A stretch of 64,000 nucleotides of DNA from Eledone cirrhosa (Eukaryota), in assembly GCA_964016885.1 (NCBI GenBank), contig OZ024742.1, forward strand, positions 286,254,001-286,318,000. The letters are read 5' to 3'. The notes under the pieces are model-generated. The model was given only the letters and a program-made list of their open reading frames with translations, had not been told where the DNA came from and made no database searches. The first letter of the stretch is position 1. Each line of letters starts with the position of its first letter. This document shows positions 27,945 to 42,937 of this stretch, one piece after another. The translations under genes and the position numbers were made by a program.

Positions 27945-28017
27945 CATCTCTCTCTCTACTCATCAACCTCTCTCTCTTTCTCTCCTCGTCAATTTCTCCC
28001 TCTCTCTCTACTCATCA

Positions 28018-28071
<54 letters not shown>

Positions 28072-28375
28072 AATATCTCTCTGTCTGTCTCTCTCACTCT
28101 CCTCATCAATCCCCCTCTCTCTCCAGCTATAGACCCTCAAACCTCTACCCAATGTTCCACACCCTACACAACCAGCTCCCTCAACATACAACAATAGTAT
28201 GATAGATCATAGTGCAATCCCCCCCTTACCTAATCACAACACACCCAGCATACTCGGCTTACTCACAGCTCTCAAATACCTTCTCATATCATGTTTACAA
28301 ACAAATACACGGAACCGACACATTCTCACACATAAGTAGACATACACTCACTCACATATTTATACACAAACACGC

Positions 28376-28501
<126 letters not shown>

Positions 28502-28609
28502 GAAAAATATGGGGAGAAGAATACTGCATGGTTGCACATGGATTACATGTTATAAAATGAGTCCCTCATCAGTGATTTGCCAACGATCATTGGTATTTAT
28601 ATACATATA

Positions 28610-28738
<129 letters not shown>

Positions 28739-28785
28739 TAATTATCGAGCCCTCTTTGGATTTTAGTCTTCAAATTTATTATTAT

Positions 28786-28831
<46 letters not shown>

Positions 28832-28987
28832 CCCACTCTACTACCCTAAGTATTGAGTACTTTGGTGCGTTATGGCCCACTTGGTTCCTTACCACATTTC
28901 CTTCGTTATATATATATATATATATAAAATATTAAAAAAAATAATGAATAAAACAATGAAACAGTTCCTTATATTAAACAAAAAAAG

Positions 28988-29141
28988 TTCATTATTTAAC
29001 GATCGTTTCTAGGATATATATGTGTTAGAATTGGCATGCATATTCAACAGATCTATGTACAAAATTATACAAAATTATACAAACTATCAAAATTAAATAT
29101 ACATACCAACACATATATATGCCGTCTTCAGAAATAATGAA
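28988..29141 (-). ncRNA. Hammerhead ribozyme in the 3' pLTR, sense to the ORF
   Basis: ttcattattt CTGAAGA [long hairpin] GAAA cgatcg TT aaataatgaa; 10-bp helix I. Confidence 0.85.
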
Positions 29142-29740
29142 ATATATTTATTGATAATAACAACAATTCAAAATTACAGGTCTGTTTGGGAACAGAGTTC
29201 AAATTGACCAATGAAAACACAAAAAGTTTATACAGTTAGGTGTGTGTATATATGTAAGTAACTTCGTTCACAGATATGCATAAAAATATATGTTCACATG
29301 CATACGCATGCCGAAAAGATGTGTGTAAATACAAAAATTCAAGGCTAATGTCTCTGTATGTTTATAATCTACAGATAAAATACGTATACGCATATAAACA
29401 TATAAATATAAAAATAAATATATACACACATTCATATACTCACACATATACGTACATTCACACACACACGTGCGTATACGCATAAACATACACACAACCA
29501 CGAACATACATACACACACACACACCCCCACACACATATATGTGTATATACTATTATCATAAGCATATGGACATTAATGCGCGCACATAAACACTGCCAC
29601 ACATATTTAGATCCAGATACAGAAAGTAGGTGGGGGGGGGGAGAAGAGGTCAGTATTTAGCGGTGTCAGCAAACTGCCTATTTATAAATGTATCTATAAA
29701 TTTAGAAATAAAAAGAAAAAGAAAAAAGAAATATATTAAG

Positions 29741-29793
<53 letters not shown>

Positions 29794-29827
29794 AAGTAAA
29801 ATATAAAATATACATCGATATACATAC

Positions 29828-29868
<41 letters not shown>

Positions 29869-30073
29869 TACATACATATACATACACATATACATAAACA
29901 CATACATACACATACATATACATACACACACCATATAAATACACATACACATACACACACGCATACATATAGAGACACATACATATACACATATAAATAC
30001 ATAGACATATACACATATACACACATATATATATAAAAACATACACACATACATATATATATATACATTCACA

Positions 30074-30121
<48 letters not shown>

Positions 30122-30197
30122 CTACACACATATATAAACACACTCATGTATATACACACATACACATACATACCCACACATATATATATATACATAT

Positions 30198-30255
<58 letters not shown>

Positions 30256-30314
30256 ATACACACATATACACATACGCATATACAAAGATATATATACATA
30301 CACACACACATATA

Positions 30315-30373
<59 letters not shown>

Positions 30374-30667
30374 TATACATACATACACACACATACATAC
30401 TCATACATAGACATACATATATACACACATACATACACACATACATATACGCATATATACACATACATACACATCCATGTATGCGTATATACATACAAAC
30501 ACCACCACACGCTCACACAACTCAGACATACATAAATAAAGGGATATACATACACATATATACATATATAAATAGAGATACATATACACATATAAATATA
30601 TACACACGTACACACACACACACACATACATACACATACATACACACATACATATATATACACACAC

Positions 30668-30715
<48 letters not shown>

Positions 30716-30816
30716 ATAAAAAAATAAAGAAATAAAAGAAATAAATAAATTAATTAATTAATACACACAGTCAGACAAATATGCACACACATACATATAC
30801 ATATATATATACATAC

Positions 30817-30855
<39 letters not shown>

Positions 30856-30895
30856 CATATACATACATATATATATAGACATACACACATCAACT

Positions 30896-30947
<52 letters not shown>

Positions 30948-31072
30948 TCACATATACATGCGCACATACGTACATATATACACATACACACATATACACA
31001 TAGACGTATACATGTGCATACATATACATACACACATATACCCACATAAATACATAGATACATAGATACATA

Positions 31073-31104
<32 letters not shown>

Positions 31105-31399
31105 CACATATATATATATATATATACACACAATCATACACCCTTATTTACATTCGCACATATGTATTTTTATACTCACATACAAACACCCAAACATACA
31201 TACCTACCTACATATACATACATACATCCACGCTTACAAATACAAATAATAATAGGGGGGAGGGGGGGAAGGGGATTATAGTAAATATAGGTTTCAAGAA
31301 ACATAGAATATTAATCTGCATTTAGATCATAATATGTGTTTACATAGTAGTTTCAGTATTAGGAAATGTAAGAAAGAAGGCAAAATTATGCATTTTAAT

Positions 31400-31782
31400 A
31401 TAAGTAGACTATTAATTATAGGTTAACTAAATTAAAGATAGTTAATATATTGATTTCTAAGGTGTATACTACTTAGGTTTATAATATTTGAAGCGGAATT
31501 TTGAAGTTAAATAGTAGTAGAGTATTAATTATAGTATAACTAAATTAAAATTATTAACGTTATGGTATCAATATTAGGAAATGAATTTAGTAATAGGGAA
31601 AAAAACAAATAAAGTATTACATCGGTAGTAGAATATAAATTATAGGTTAACTAAATTAAAAATTATATATTAATTTCTATAGTATATGTTAATTAGGTTT
31701 ATAATAATTAAAACAGATATTGTATTTTATCTATAGTAGAATATAATTATAGGTAAACAGAAATTAAAATTAATACATACAC

Positions 31783-31855
<73 letters not shown>

Positions 31856-32400
31856 TATACATACATATACATATTTTTTCAAAAATTGCAAAGAATATAT
31901 TAACTAGGTATACATCCCAAACCTATCTCAGTCTATGATTACATGACACTCTGCAATCCATCTGTATTAGGATATTAATTTTAAGCCAATTAAATTAAAT
32001 TTTTAGGTTAACCAAATTTAAAACCAAATTATAAATATATTTCTAAAATGTACATTAATTAGGTCTATAATATTAAAAATTATTTCTCTGTCATTGAATA
32101 CACGATATTTTGTTATATTTTATCTGTAAAGGAATTTTAATAAAAGGTTAAATAAATTAAAATTAATCTATAAATTAATTTACGAAGTATATATTAGTAA
32201 TATTTAAAAGTTTTTTACAATTTATGATTACACAATATTTTATAATCTCATCTGTAGTAGAATTTTAATTAAATTAAATTTATAGGTTAACTAACATTTA
32301 AATTAAATTATATATTAATTTCTAAAATAATGTTATTAATTAGGTTTATAATATTTAAATGTTTTTCTTAGTTTATGATTACACGATATAATTAATTCCT
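31400..32400. repeat. About 7 degenerate 107-140-bp tandem units in the PLE 3' UTR
   Basis: motif ataggttaactaaattaaa near 31418, 31531, 31642, 31749, 32004, 32142, 32282. Confidence 0.8.
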
Positions 32401-34771
32401 GTCATTTATTTAATAGGATATCCTTAGATTTCATTATTTCAAATAGTTGTTGGGAACATAATCTACATTCATTTCTATTATTTTGATAAGGGGTGGCTCT
32501 TTTGAGCACACTCCAGGTCATATCATATTCTATATTCTTATTTTTATAACTATTGATTTTTTCTGCTAGAGATGTTGTATTAGCCAGTGCGGCATTTTTA
32601 AAACTATGTTTGTGGGTATTAAACCTTACCTTAAAATTGTTAGAAGTAGCTCCTATATATGAGCAAATAGAATCTTTAGTTTTAACATTACATTTATAAA
32701 CTATGTTGTTAACAAGACAATTTCCTTTTAATGGGCATTTTGCTTTGTTTCTACAGTTACAACCTTTCGTTAATTCTGTATTTGAGGAGATATTATGGTT
32801 AGTTTGATGTATTGGTGGTATACTTATGGTATTCTTACATTTATATGCATTATAGGCACTTATATTTTGTTTTATGTTATTTGTTGTTGAGTATGAGAAT
32901 TTAACTGTAGACCTATTTAAGATTTGATGGTATTTGTGGTTTGGCGGGAAGTTTTTCTCTAGGATATAAAAAATTTTTTTAGCAATATTATCCTTAATTT
33001 GTAAATTAAATGGAGCATTATACCAAGTAACTCGTCTATTACGGTTTCTATGTTGTTTATTATTTTTATAGGTTGTATCGTGATGTTTACTAGGAGGATT
33101 AATGTTAATGAACTCACCGCGCACATTTTTAGTTAGATTTGTAGATTTAGATGTTTTATCTTGCTTATTAGGAGTTTTATTATTAACATTTATTAGAGTT
33201 GTATGATGAGTAGTTTTTTGAGAGTTACTATACTTTATATTAGAAGAGTTGTTGGTATTTTGGGGTATAGTGTGGGTGGCATTTAGGTGTGTACTTTTCA
33301 TTTGGTGTTTGTTGGTAATATTAGGTTGTATGTTTATAGTATTTTTAGTAGAAGGTATATATTCTAATCTATTTTTGTGGCCACTTCTATCTAGAGCTTC
33401 GTTATAGAAGGTCGCATTTTTATCAAATACATCTTGGTTAGAAGAAAGGTTAGAAATTCTAAGTGATATATTATATGCAAGGTTTTTAAGGATAGATTTA
33501 GGGTGATTAGATTGTGAGTGTATGTAGTGTAAGTTTTGGTTGGGTTTATGGTAAGGTTGGTAGATACCCGTAGCTAAGTCTAAAGTTATATCTAGGAAAT
33601 TTACTACTTTACTTGTTTTTTCAAAAGTAATATGAAGACTATAATAGTCTTTAAGGAAAGTTCTAATATGCTTTTTGTTTTTTTCTATTTCTGAAAGGCT
33701 AAGGTTGTTGGAAAGAAGAAGACAGTCATCACGATATAAACCACCTTTAAGGTGGGGAAAGGAGGCATTTATGTTGAAAAGGAGAAAGAGGCCCACAAGA
33801 TCAGTAATTTGGGCGGAATCGCTTGAACCCATAGTAATATCAAATAGATTACTATATGTGTTTCTGGTCCAGTATTCATTCTGAAATTCAATAAGTGTTA
33901 GTCTAGCATGTGTAATAATATTAATGTCATCCAAAGTTAAGTTAGATCTATTTTTAGCAAATATCAATGCTTTGTTCAGGAGTATAGGTGATATAGAAGA
34001 ATAGTAATTATCTATATCAAATTGTAGAAATGAAGCAGAAGATTTACATCTAATATTTTTAAACCAGTTAATTACCTGGGAAGTGTTTTCCCAGAGTGGT
34101 AAAATAACGTGTTTTCTTATTTGTGGGATGACTCTATCCAAAATCTTTTTGCTAATTATTCCAATATCAGATTTGGAGGGACATATAAGTCTTATAGAAG
34201 GATTTGAGTTAAAGTTTGATTTATGATCCTTCAGGTTGAAGTGTGGTCTTTTCAATGCCAAAGGTTCAGTTCTATCTTCAATGTTTTGTTTTTTTACTAT
34301 GTTGTGTGTTTTGTTGTTGATGTTGGTGAGTGACGCATTATTAGATTTTTTATAATTTTTCCTGAGTTCTTTATATATGAACTCATTATAATCTTCAATA
34401 TCCATGTTATACAAGTTACCAGTTTTGTCCGAGTGGACATGGATTTTTTTAGACTTTTTTAGGTCCAATAGGGTAGAATCAAGGTCCTTTTGAAAGACAG
34501 ATTTATACTTTTTAAATTTGAGGTGTTTAATTAAATTAAAAAGGTCTTTCTCAAAGTCTTCAAGCAAAGAGTTGTGTGGTGGATTCTTGTAAGTATTGAA
34601 ATCATACATATATTTCCTATCTGCATATTTAGATTTTTTATCGAAGAGTTAGGCCCTCCATCTAACTCTTCTGATAAATTGGTTAGTTTTTTGAATCATA
34701 AGGAGTAAGAAATCATCCTTAGAAGGTATTGGTATGTTCTTTAAAGAGGTTCCCAAGTATTGTTTTTCCAT
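32336..34771 (-). pseudogene. Naiad-type PLE polyprotein (RT + Zn linker + GIY-YIG), ~811 codons with two in-frame stops
   Basis: MEKQYLGTSLKNIPIPS..RRVRWRA*(TAA 34649-51)..FDIDNYYSSI..MGSSDSAQITDLVG..LYRDD..FLDITLDL..YIHSQSNHP..CNCRNKAKCPLKGNC..IVY..YIG..LLNK*(TGA 32402-4)QELIISCNHK. Confidence 0.93.
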
Positions 34772-35780
34772 TGTGATATGGATGATGGACAATTGAAAGA
34801 GCTCAACTAAATGTATATGGGTTTATAAAATCATACATATATATGTATATACATAAATATAAAATTAACACACACATACAGTACAAAAATACGAATATTT
34901 TTATATACATAAACACATACATACACATACATATACATACACACACCATATAAATACACTATGTGTATATGTATGTGTCTCTATATGTATGCGTGTGTGT
35001 ATGTGTATGTGTATTTATATGGTGTGTGTATGTATATGTATGTGTATGTATGTGTTTATGTATATGTGTATGTATATGTATGTATATATGTGTATATATA
35101 TATATATATATATGTATATGTATGTATATCGATGTATATTTTATATTTTACTTGTTTATATATATATATATATATATATATTTTCTTAATATATTTCTTT
35201 TTTCTTTTTCTTTTTATTTCTAAATTTATAGATACATTTATAAATAGGCAGTTTGCTGACACCGCTAAATACTGACCTCTTCCCCCCCCCCCACCTACTT
35301 TCTGTATCTGGATCTAAATATGTGTGGCAGTGTTTATGTGCGCGCATTAATGTCCATATGCTTATGATAATAGTATATACACATATATGTGTGTGGGTGT
35401 GTGTGTGTGTATGTATGTTCGTGGTTGTGTGTATGTTTATGCGTATACGCGCGTGTGTGTGTGAATGTACGTATATGTGTGAGTATATGAATGTGTGTAT
35501 ATATTTATTTTTATATTTATATGTTTATATGCGTATACGTATTTTATCTGTAGATTATAAACATACAGAGACATTAGCCTTGAATTTTTGTATTTACACA
35601 CATCTTTTCGGCATGCGTATGCATGTGAACATATATTTTTATGCATATCTGTGAACGAAGTTACTTACATATATACACACACCTAACTGTATAAACTTTT
35701 TGTGTTTTCATTGGTCAATTTGAACTCTGTTCCCAAACAGACCTGTAATTTTGAATTGTTGTTATTATCAATAAATATAT

Positions 35781-35933
35781 TTCATTATTTCTGAAGACGG
35801 CATATATATGTGTTGGTATGTATATTTAATTTTGATAGTTTGTATAATTTTGTATAATTTTGTACATAGATCTGTTGAATATGCATGCCAATTTAACACA
35901 TATATATCCTAGAAACGATCGTTAAATAATGAA
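35781..35933 (+). ncRNA. Hammerhead ribozyme in the inverted 5' pLTR
   Basis: mirror of 28988-29141; helix II spans 35798-35911. Confidence 0.85.
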
Positions 35934-36130
35934 CTTTTTTTGTTTAATATAAGGAACTGTTTCATTGTTTTATTCATTATTTTTTAAATATTTTATCTTG
36001 ACTCTGTATTCCGTTTATCTTTCACCGAAAGTGATTTTTCATTGCATCTCTTCTTTCCATGATATCCGGATTACATTGAGTTCTTCATACGGATTGGACA
36101 CTACCGTAAACTCTTGGTAGATTTATCTAC

Positions 36131-36249
<119 letters not shown>

Positions 36250-36404
36250 TATATATACACACATATATATACATATATATATATATATAAGTAGAAGGGG
36301 TATTTAATTTGTTGGAAATCCGACAAATATAAATATAAATGTTTATAACTGATTTAGAGCACTCAACGGTGTCCTTGAGTAAATATTCAATGACATTAAA
36401 TAAA

Positions 36405-36945
36405 TAAATGGAAACTATATTTATAAAACCATATTTATTTTATTATATATATTTCAAGGGTACCAAAAGACTTTGGTACGCTTTCTTCAGATAAAATACA
36501 AAATCTGTTTTATAAATAGAGACATACCCAGGAAAATCATATCTTATCAGTTTGATATTCTCTGGATAGTGGAAATGTATTAGGGATTTTTTAAACTTAT
36601 GGGTGAATATGCAAATGAATATGTAAATAATTGAAAAACAACCGTTTATTTAAACGACTATTTTGTCCTTCTTCTCTTCTCTCTTCTCTCTCTCCCTAAT
36701 AAACGGTTGTTTTTCAATTATTTACATATACATTTGCATATTCACCCATAAGTTTGAAAAATCCCTAATACATTTCCACTATCCAGAGAATATCCAACCG
36801 ATAAGGTATGATTTTCATGGGTATGTCTCTATTTATAAAACAGACTTTGTATTTTATCTGAAGAAAGCGTTCCAAAGTCTTTTGGTACCCTTGAAATATA
36901 TATAATAAAATAAATATGGTTTTATAAATATAGTTTCCATTTATT
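36405..36945. repeat. ~245-bp inverted repeat, unclassified family (diverged copy near 41900-42200)
   Basis: 36405-36650 versus 36698-36945. Confidence 0.85.
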
Positions 36946-37798
36946 TAATATCATCGTGTGTGTGTATATATATATATATATATATTCCTCCGGTTGCAAC
37001 GTTTTTTGAAATATCCAGTTCTGCGTTTACAGATTGACTTTGTTAGTTTCAGAAGATCCCGTTAAGGGTGAAAGCAGCGATTCTTTGCTTAAACTTTAAT
37101 CTGTTATTTTAATAAATATGTATTTATATATATATGTATATATATATATATGTATATATATATGTATATATATATATATGTATATATATATATAAAATAA
37201 TTAAGTCAAATATTTAAAATTTGGCTTCGTTTATTAAAGATATACTGCTATATATACTCCGGTGAAAGCCAACCATTGGCTGTGACCTCTTCAGGCAGTC
37301 CGAATTGGTGTGGTAGAGACAGGTACACATGTTGTTGAAGTGTGTTTTACTCCGTCAATACTCCGGTATGTCCAGCTCCTGGTTGCGTTGTTATTTCTCT
37401 GAGAAACTGGAATCATACTGAGGTGTCGGTAAACAACCAACATATACTCAAAATTTATATATATATATACTGTACATACAAATAAAATTTTAACGAGATC
37501 GTATTTCGGCTGTGGTAAAAAACAAGCGAAACGCAATTTTCGAGATATGCAGCAAGCGCTCAATGGACTGAAAGAAGACCAGAGCAATTAACATACGTTA
37601 TAGAGGTCAGACAAACTGAAAACGGCGATCGTGAAGCTATCAGCCACCGGAGCCCAAAAAACATGATTATCCCGGGTTCAATCGGGGGTAACCACAGTAA
37701 GTAAGGTACTCTATACATAGCAGATTATATATATGTAATATAGATATGGCTTCTACAGGACTAGAACTGTTTCATTCGAAGGAAATCATCAGGGGAAA

Positions 37799-37849
<51 letters not shown>

Positions 37850-38145
37850 TACATATATACATATATAGGCAGTTGATCGCTTTGCGTCAAACCGGACCGA
37901 GAAAACAATGCTGCCGTTGGTCTTTCCAATTGCTAGTACTCTATATCGGTCGCTACTCCAGGCAATGTGAAATAAAGTGTCTTGCTCAAGGAGCATAACG
38001 CATCGCCCAGTCCAGGAATCGAACTCACAACCTCACGATTGCGAATCCAATTCTCTAACCACTCAGCCACGCACCTTCACATACACACACAAACACATAC
38101 ACACCCACACACTCATGTGTGTACATGTATGTGTACATGTATGTG

Positions 38146-38216
<71 letters not shown>

Positions 38217-38220
<4 letters not shown>

Positions 38221-38472
38221 AAAAAGAGATGAAATCGAAAATGCAACTGGAGTCTTATTTTTTTTTTAAATATATATATTTATTTGGTTCCTTTACCGGT
38301 TTCGCAGTTCTTCTGCTTTTCAAAAGGTGAGAAAAACCACAGACCCTCCATCTCAACTCACCTTTTGAAAAGCAGAAGAACTGCGAAACCGGTAAAGGAA
38401 CCAAATAAATATATATATTTTTTTAAAAAATAAGACTTCAGTTGCATTTTCGATTTCATCGCTTTTTCTTTA
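38217..38472. repeat. ~110-bp inverted repeat adjoining (TA)n (family copy at 41130-41274)
   Basis: aaagaaaaagagatgaaatcg..ttcaaaaggtgag and its reverse complement. Confidence 0.85.
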
Positions 38473-38546
38473 TACTTTCACTCATGTAGGACACCTCGGT
38501 TATTTTTCATTTTGTAAAAAAAACCTCACTTTCTAATATATATATA

Positions 38547-38834
<288 letters not shown>

Positions 38835-38953
38835 TCGTTTTCGGTATGCCTGACCGATTTAACTCACTCAATATGCAAATTAGGCTGCTCAGCCGTTAAT
38901 TTTCATAAGGAAAGTATATACTTTCGAACGTTCAACTATCTGGCAGATGGGTA

Positions 38954-38998
38954 AACGGTGCTGATGATAGCTAACAAGCTTGAAACTAGTACATCGTT
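38954..38998 (+). ncRNA. Minimal type I hammerhead ribozyme
   Basis: aacggtg CTGATGA t agc taacaa gct t GAAA cta GTA catcgtt. Confidence 0.85.
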
Positions 38999-39169
38999 CC
39001 TGTGTCAGTGTTGAACAAAAAAAAAAAGGTGACGTGGTTGCCTTAACACCGTATGGCATAAATTCAGGCTGTTCGGTTTGTTGACAAACAAACGAACAAA
39101 GCGACGTTATAATAAACGTCGGCTAAACTGATGCGTGCATATATGTATGTGTACCTGTATGCATATGTG

Positions 39170-39227
<58 letters not shown>

Positions 39228-39367
39228 TGCTACTGTACGTCTGTATACATATATGTATGTACGTATACATACATACTTACATATATATATATATATATAT
39301 AGGAAAATGTTTAACGCCGACGGCAGAGCTCAAGCCGTTTCGACGGCTATTTCTGGACTGAGTATTG

Positions 39368-39408
<41 letters not shown>

Positions 39409-39494
39409 AAAGTTTAACAAGGCTCAATGAATAAATCAAAGAATGAGTTTTACAATAGACTGGAAGCACTCAACAGTTTGGTTTTCCACAGTTA

Positions 39495-39805
39495 TTAATA
39501 TTAATTCAAAATATTAACAAAATAGATAGTCTTGTGATCAAGTATATTTTATTATACATATTTCAGAGGTACTGAGTTAAGTTCAACAGTACGTCCTCAT
39601 CAGATAAAATAAGATGATACATGACATACCCTGACATAGTAGATGGTTAATGACTGACTCTTAACCATCTACTATGTCAGGGTATGTCATGCATAAATTA
39701 TTTTATCTGATGAGGACGTACTGTTGAACTTAACTCAGTACCTCTGAAATATGTATGATAAAATATACTTGATCACAAGAATATCTATTTTGTTAATATT
39801 TTGAA

Positions 39806-39810
<5 letters not shown>
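39495..39810. mobile_element. Palindromic pLTR pair, each arm carrying an HHR (39546-39610 on -, 39700-39764 on +)
   Basis: attttat CTGATGA g..gtactg..cagtac..GAAA tatgta T(A/G) ataaaat. Confidence 0.8.
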
Positions 39811-39840
<30 letters not shown>

Positions 39841-39997
39841 AATTAGTATATCTACCAACATATGTATACAGATGCATACCTATGCTAGCAAATATATAGG
39901 TTTTGTCTTAGTAACTTGGCAGTTCAATGCAAGGGGATGCAGAACAATTATATGGAAGACGTAAAATAAGAGAATTAAGAAAATTGACTTACTTACT

Positions 39998-40100
<103 letters not shown>

Positions 40101-40114
40101 ATATATGTATATAT

Positions 40115-40315
40115 TCATTTTATTAAGGCTAAATAGTGAGTCTTGTTACTTTTGAACTTTTGCCTGTTTATCGCTGAGTCATCAGACAAGAACTTCTTGT
40201 CCTATGACCCTGCGATAAACAGACGAAAGTCCAGAGTAACAAGATTCACTATTTAACCTTAAAATAAATAGTAAAATTCTACTTTGGTATTGAGTACTCT
40301 TTTCACTCATCTATC
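40115..40315. mobile_element. Hairpin pLTR fragment with degenerate HHR (copies near 12250-12450 and 63740-63800)
   Basis: consensus cttgt CTGATGA ycctg..cagg y GAAA ctcyagag TA acaag. Confidence 0.55.
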
Positions 40316-40316
40316 A

Positions 40317-40410
<94 letters not shown>

Positions 40411-41270
40411 ATATATTTAGGTTTGTTGGTTCACCACTGGATAGAACTGGTCAACCTCGATGTAATATTAGGGAGAGCACTCGACGTAATGCAACTCGCC
40501 CGTCTTCGTTTGTGTTGTTGGTGGTGTGAGTACGGAGTTACTTATTATAAAATAACAGGAGGCTGGACTGGTGTAATTCCTTGAGTACTCTTTTCATTCG
40601 TCTATCAATATATAAATATAAATGTTGCTTGTGTTTCTTTCTATCTTCGGTTAGCTTTCCCCTGTGTTGTTTACTTGTCTCACTCGCTTTACGCGTTTCA
40701 ATTGTCCTAATAACTTATTTTAGTTATTATCGCACCAACGTGAGGTATATGATTTTTAATGCGATGAAATACCAATGATCGTTGGCAAATCACTGATGAG
40801 GGAGTCATTTTATAACATGTAATCCATGTGCAACCATGCAGTATTCTTCTCCCCATATTCTTCACATATATTTAATGAACTTGTTCACGTGACAGTAATA
40901 ATTTCATTTATAACCAATCAAATTACATTTATTTAAAAAAAGCCTTCGTGAGCCCCTTTTTTTAAGTAAGAATAAATTCAAACACTCATATATGAACTTT
41001 GTAACGCGAACTGGCGCGAAATTTATTATACTTATTGACCAACCAATCAAATTACTTCTCTAAACACCTGGCGTTTCGAGCCACTTTTTTTCCATATAAA
41101 ACAAGTAACATTCAAAGACCAACCAGATGCGAGAAAAACCACAGACACTCCATCTCAACTCTACTTTTGGAAAGCAGAAGAACTGCGAAACCGGTAAAGG
41201 AACCAAATAAATATATATATATATTTTTTAAAATAAGACTCCAGTTGCATTTTCGATTTCATCTCTTTTT

Positions 41271-41448
<178 letters not shown>

Positions 41449-41733
41449 ATTTACTTTGAAATATGTGCTCTGCAATATATTGTTTTCTCATGGATATATG
41501 GTCCTTTCTCTATATATATATGTATATCTTTTATACTTGGGGTAGTAGAGTATAGTTATATTATAAAAAGTCGGGACACCGACGGCTGAGCTCTTGCCGT
41601 TTCAACAGCTAATTCTAGACTGGAACTAGTCGTTGAAATGGCAAGAGCTCAGCCGTCGGGGTCCCGACTCTTTATAATGCATATATATACTGTATATATA
41701 CATACACACACATACACACTCACACAAATGTAT

Positions 41734-41892
<159 letters not shown>

Positions 41893-42511
41893 CAAAAGTT
41901 CTATTTGAATTGTTGGGATACAACAAGCAAATAATTTTTATAACTGATATAAAGCACTCGACAAGTATTTGGAGTAAATATACGATATTAACAAATGGAA
42001 ACTATATTTATAAAACCAAATCTATTTTATTATACATATTTCAAGGATACCATGTTAAATTATGGTATGCTTTCATCAGACAAAATACAATATATACCAG
42101 TTTTATAAATAAATATTGACATACCCTTTCAAAATGCAACCATTACTTTTGGAAGACATTATGTTTATATATATCATTGTCTGGCAGTGGAAAATATACA
42201 ATGCGAATGAATGACTCATCGCGTGTGATCCTGTATATAGGCGAAATCTTGTGAACAACAAACAATACATTCACCCAAACACATGTATTAACGTAATAAA
42301 TAATTTTACCAATTGTTCAGGTAAAGTAATAATGGAAATTCCCCGACTAAATAGTAAGTTACACAGAAATAAACTGAAAGGTGAGAAATTATTTGGGAAA
42401 TTTGGGAAATTTGTTTTGAATGTACATTATAAACACTCCCAGAGTAGATTTATATATATATATATATTTCTGTATATATATATATTTCTGTTTACCTTTT
42501 ACATACATACA

Positions 42512-42561
<50 letters not shown>

Positions 42562-42937
42562 TGTATGTTTGTAAAAGGTAAACAGAAATAACAACACAAT
42601 CGGTACAGTATATGGAAGGTATATATTAGGTTAACGCTTGATATAGCAGGAAGAGGGTCTTAACGTTTCGGACGCTAGTCCTTCATGCGCGCGCGCGTGT
42701 GTGTGTGTGTGTGTGTGTGTGTGAGCGTTTGTATTAAAATTTAGCTTCGGCATAGCTGTATATATATACATGCATGTGAATTTCGTATATCTAAAGATAT
42801 GCGGTATGTTTGATAAATAATCATTTTGAAAGCCTAGCTATGAATAGAAAGGCTGACGGCCAGAGCCGTCTAGCGTATTCTAGCAGAAGCAGCGGAGGAT
42901 AATTGTCTATGCTTTTTTTCGCATATATATATATATA

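Noticed and set aside
32402-32404. TGA as selenocysteine in the main Naiad ORF
   Set aside because: It aligns to the Arg of the LN-x-R-x-E motif (INSRAE in the 6.1 kb copy), not a Cys; it is likely a point mutation
40766-40810. ctgatgag in a repeat shared with 28500-28598 as an HHR
   Set aside because: No downstream GAAA or consistent helices were found
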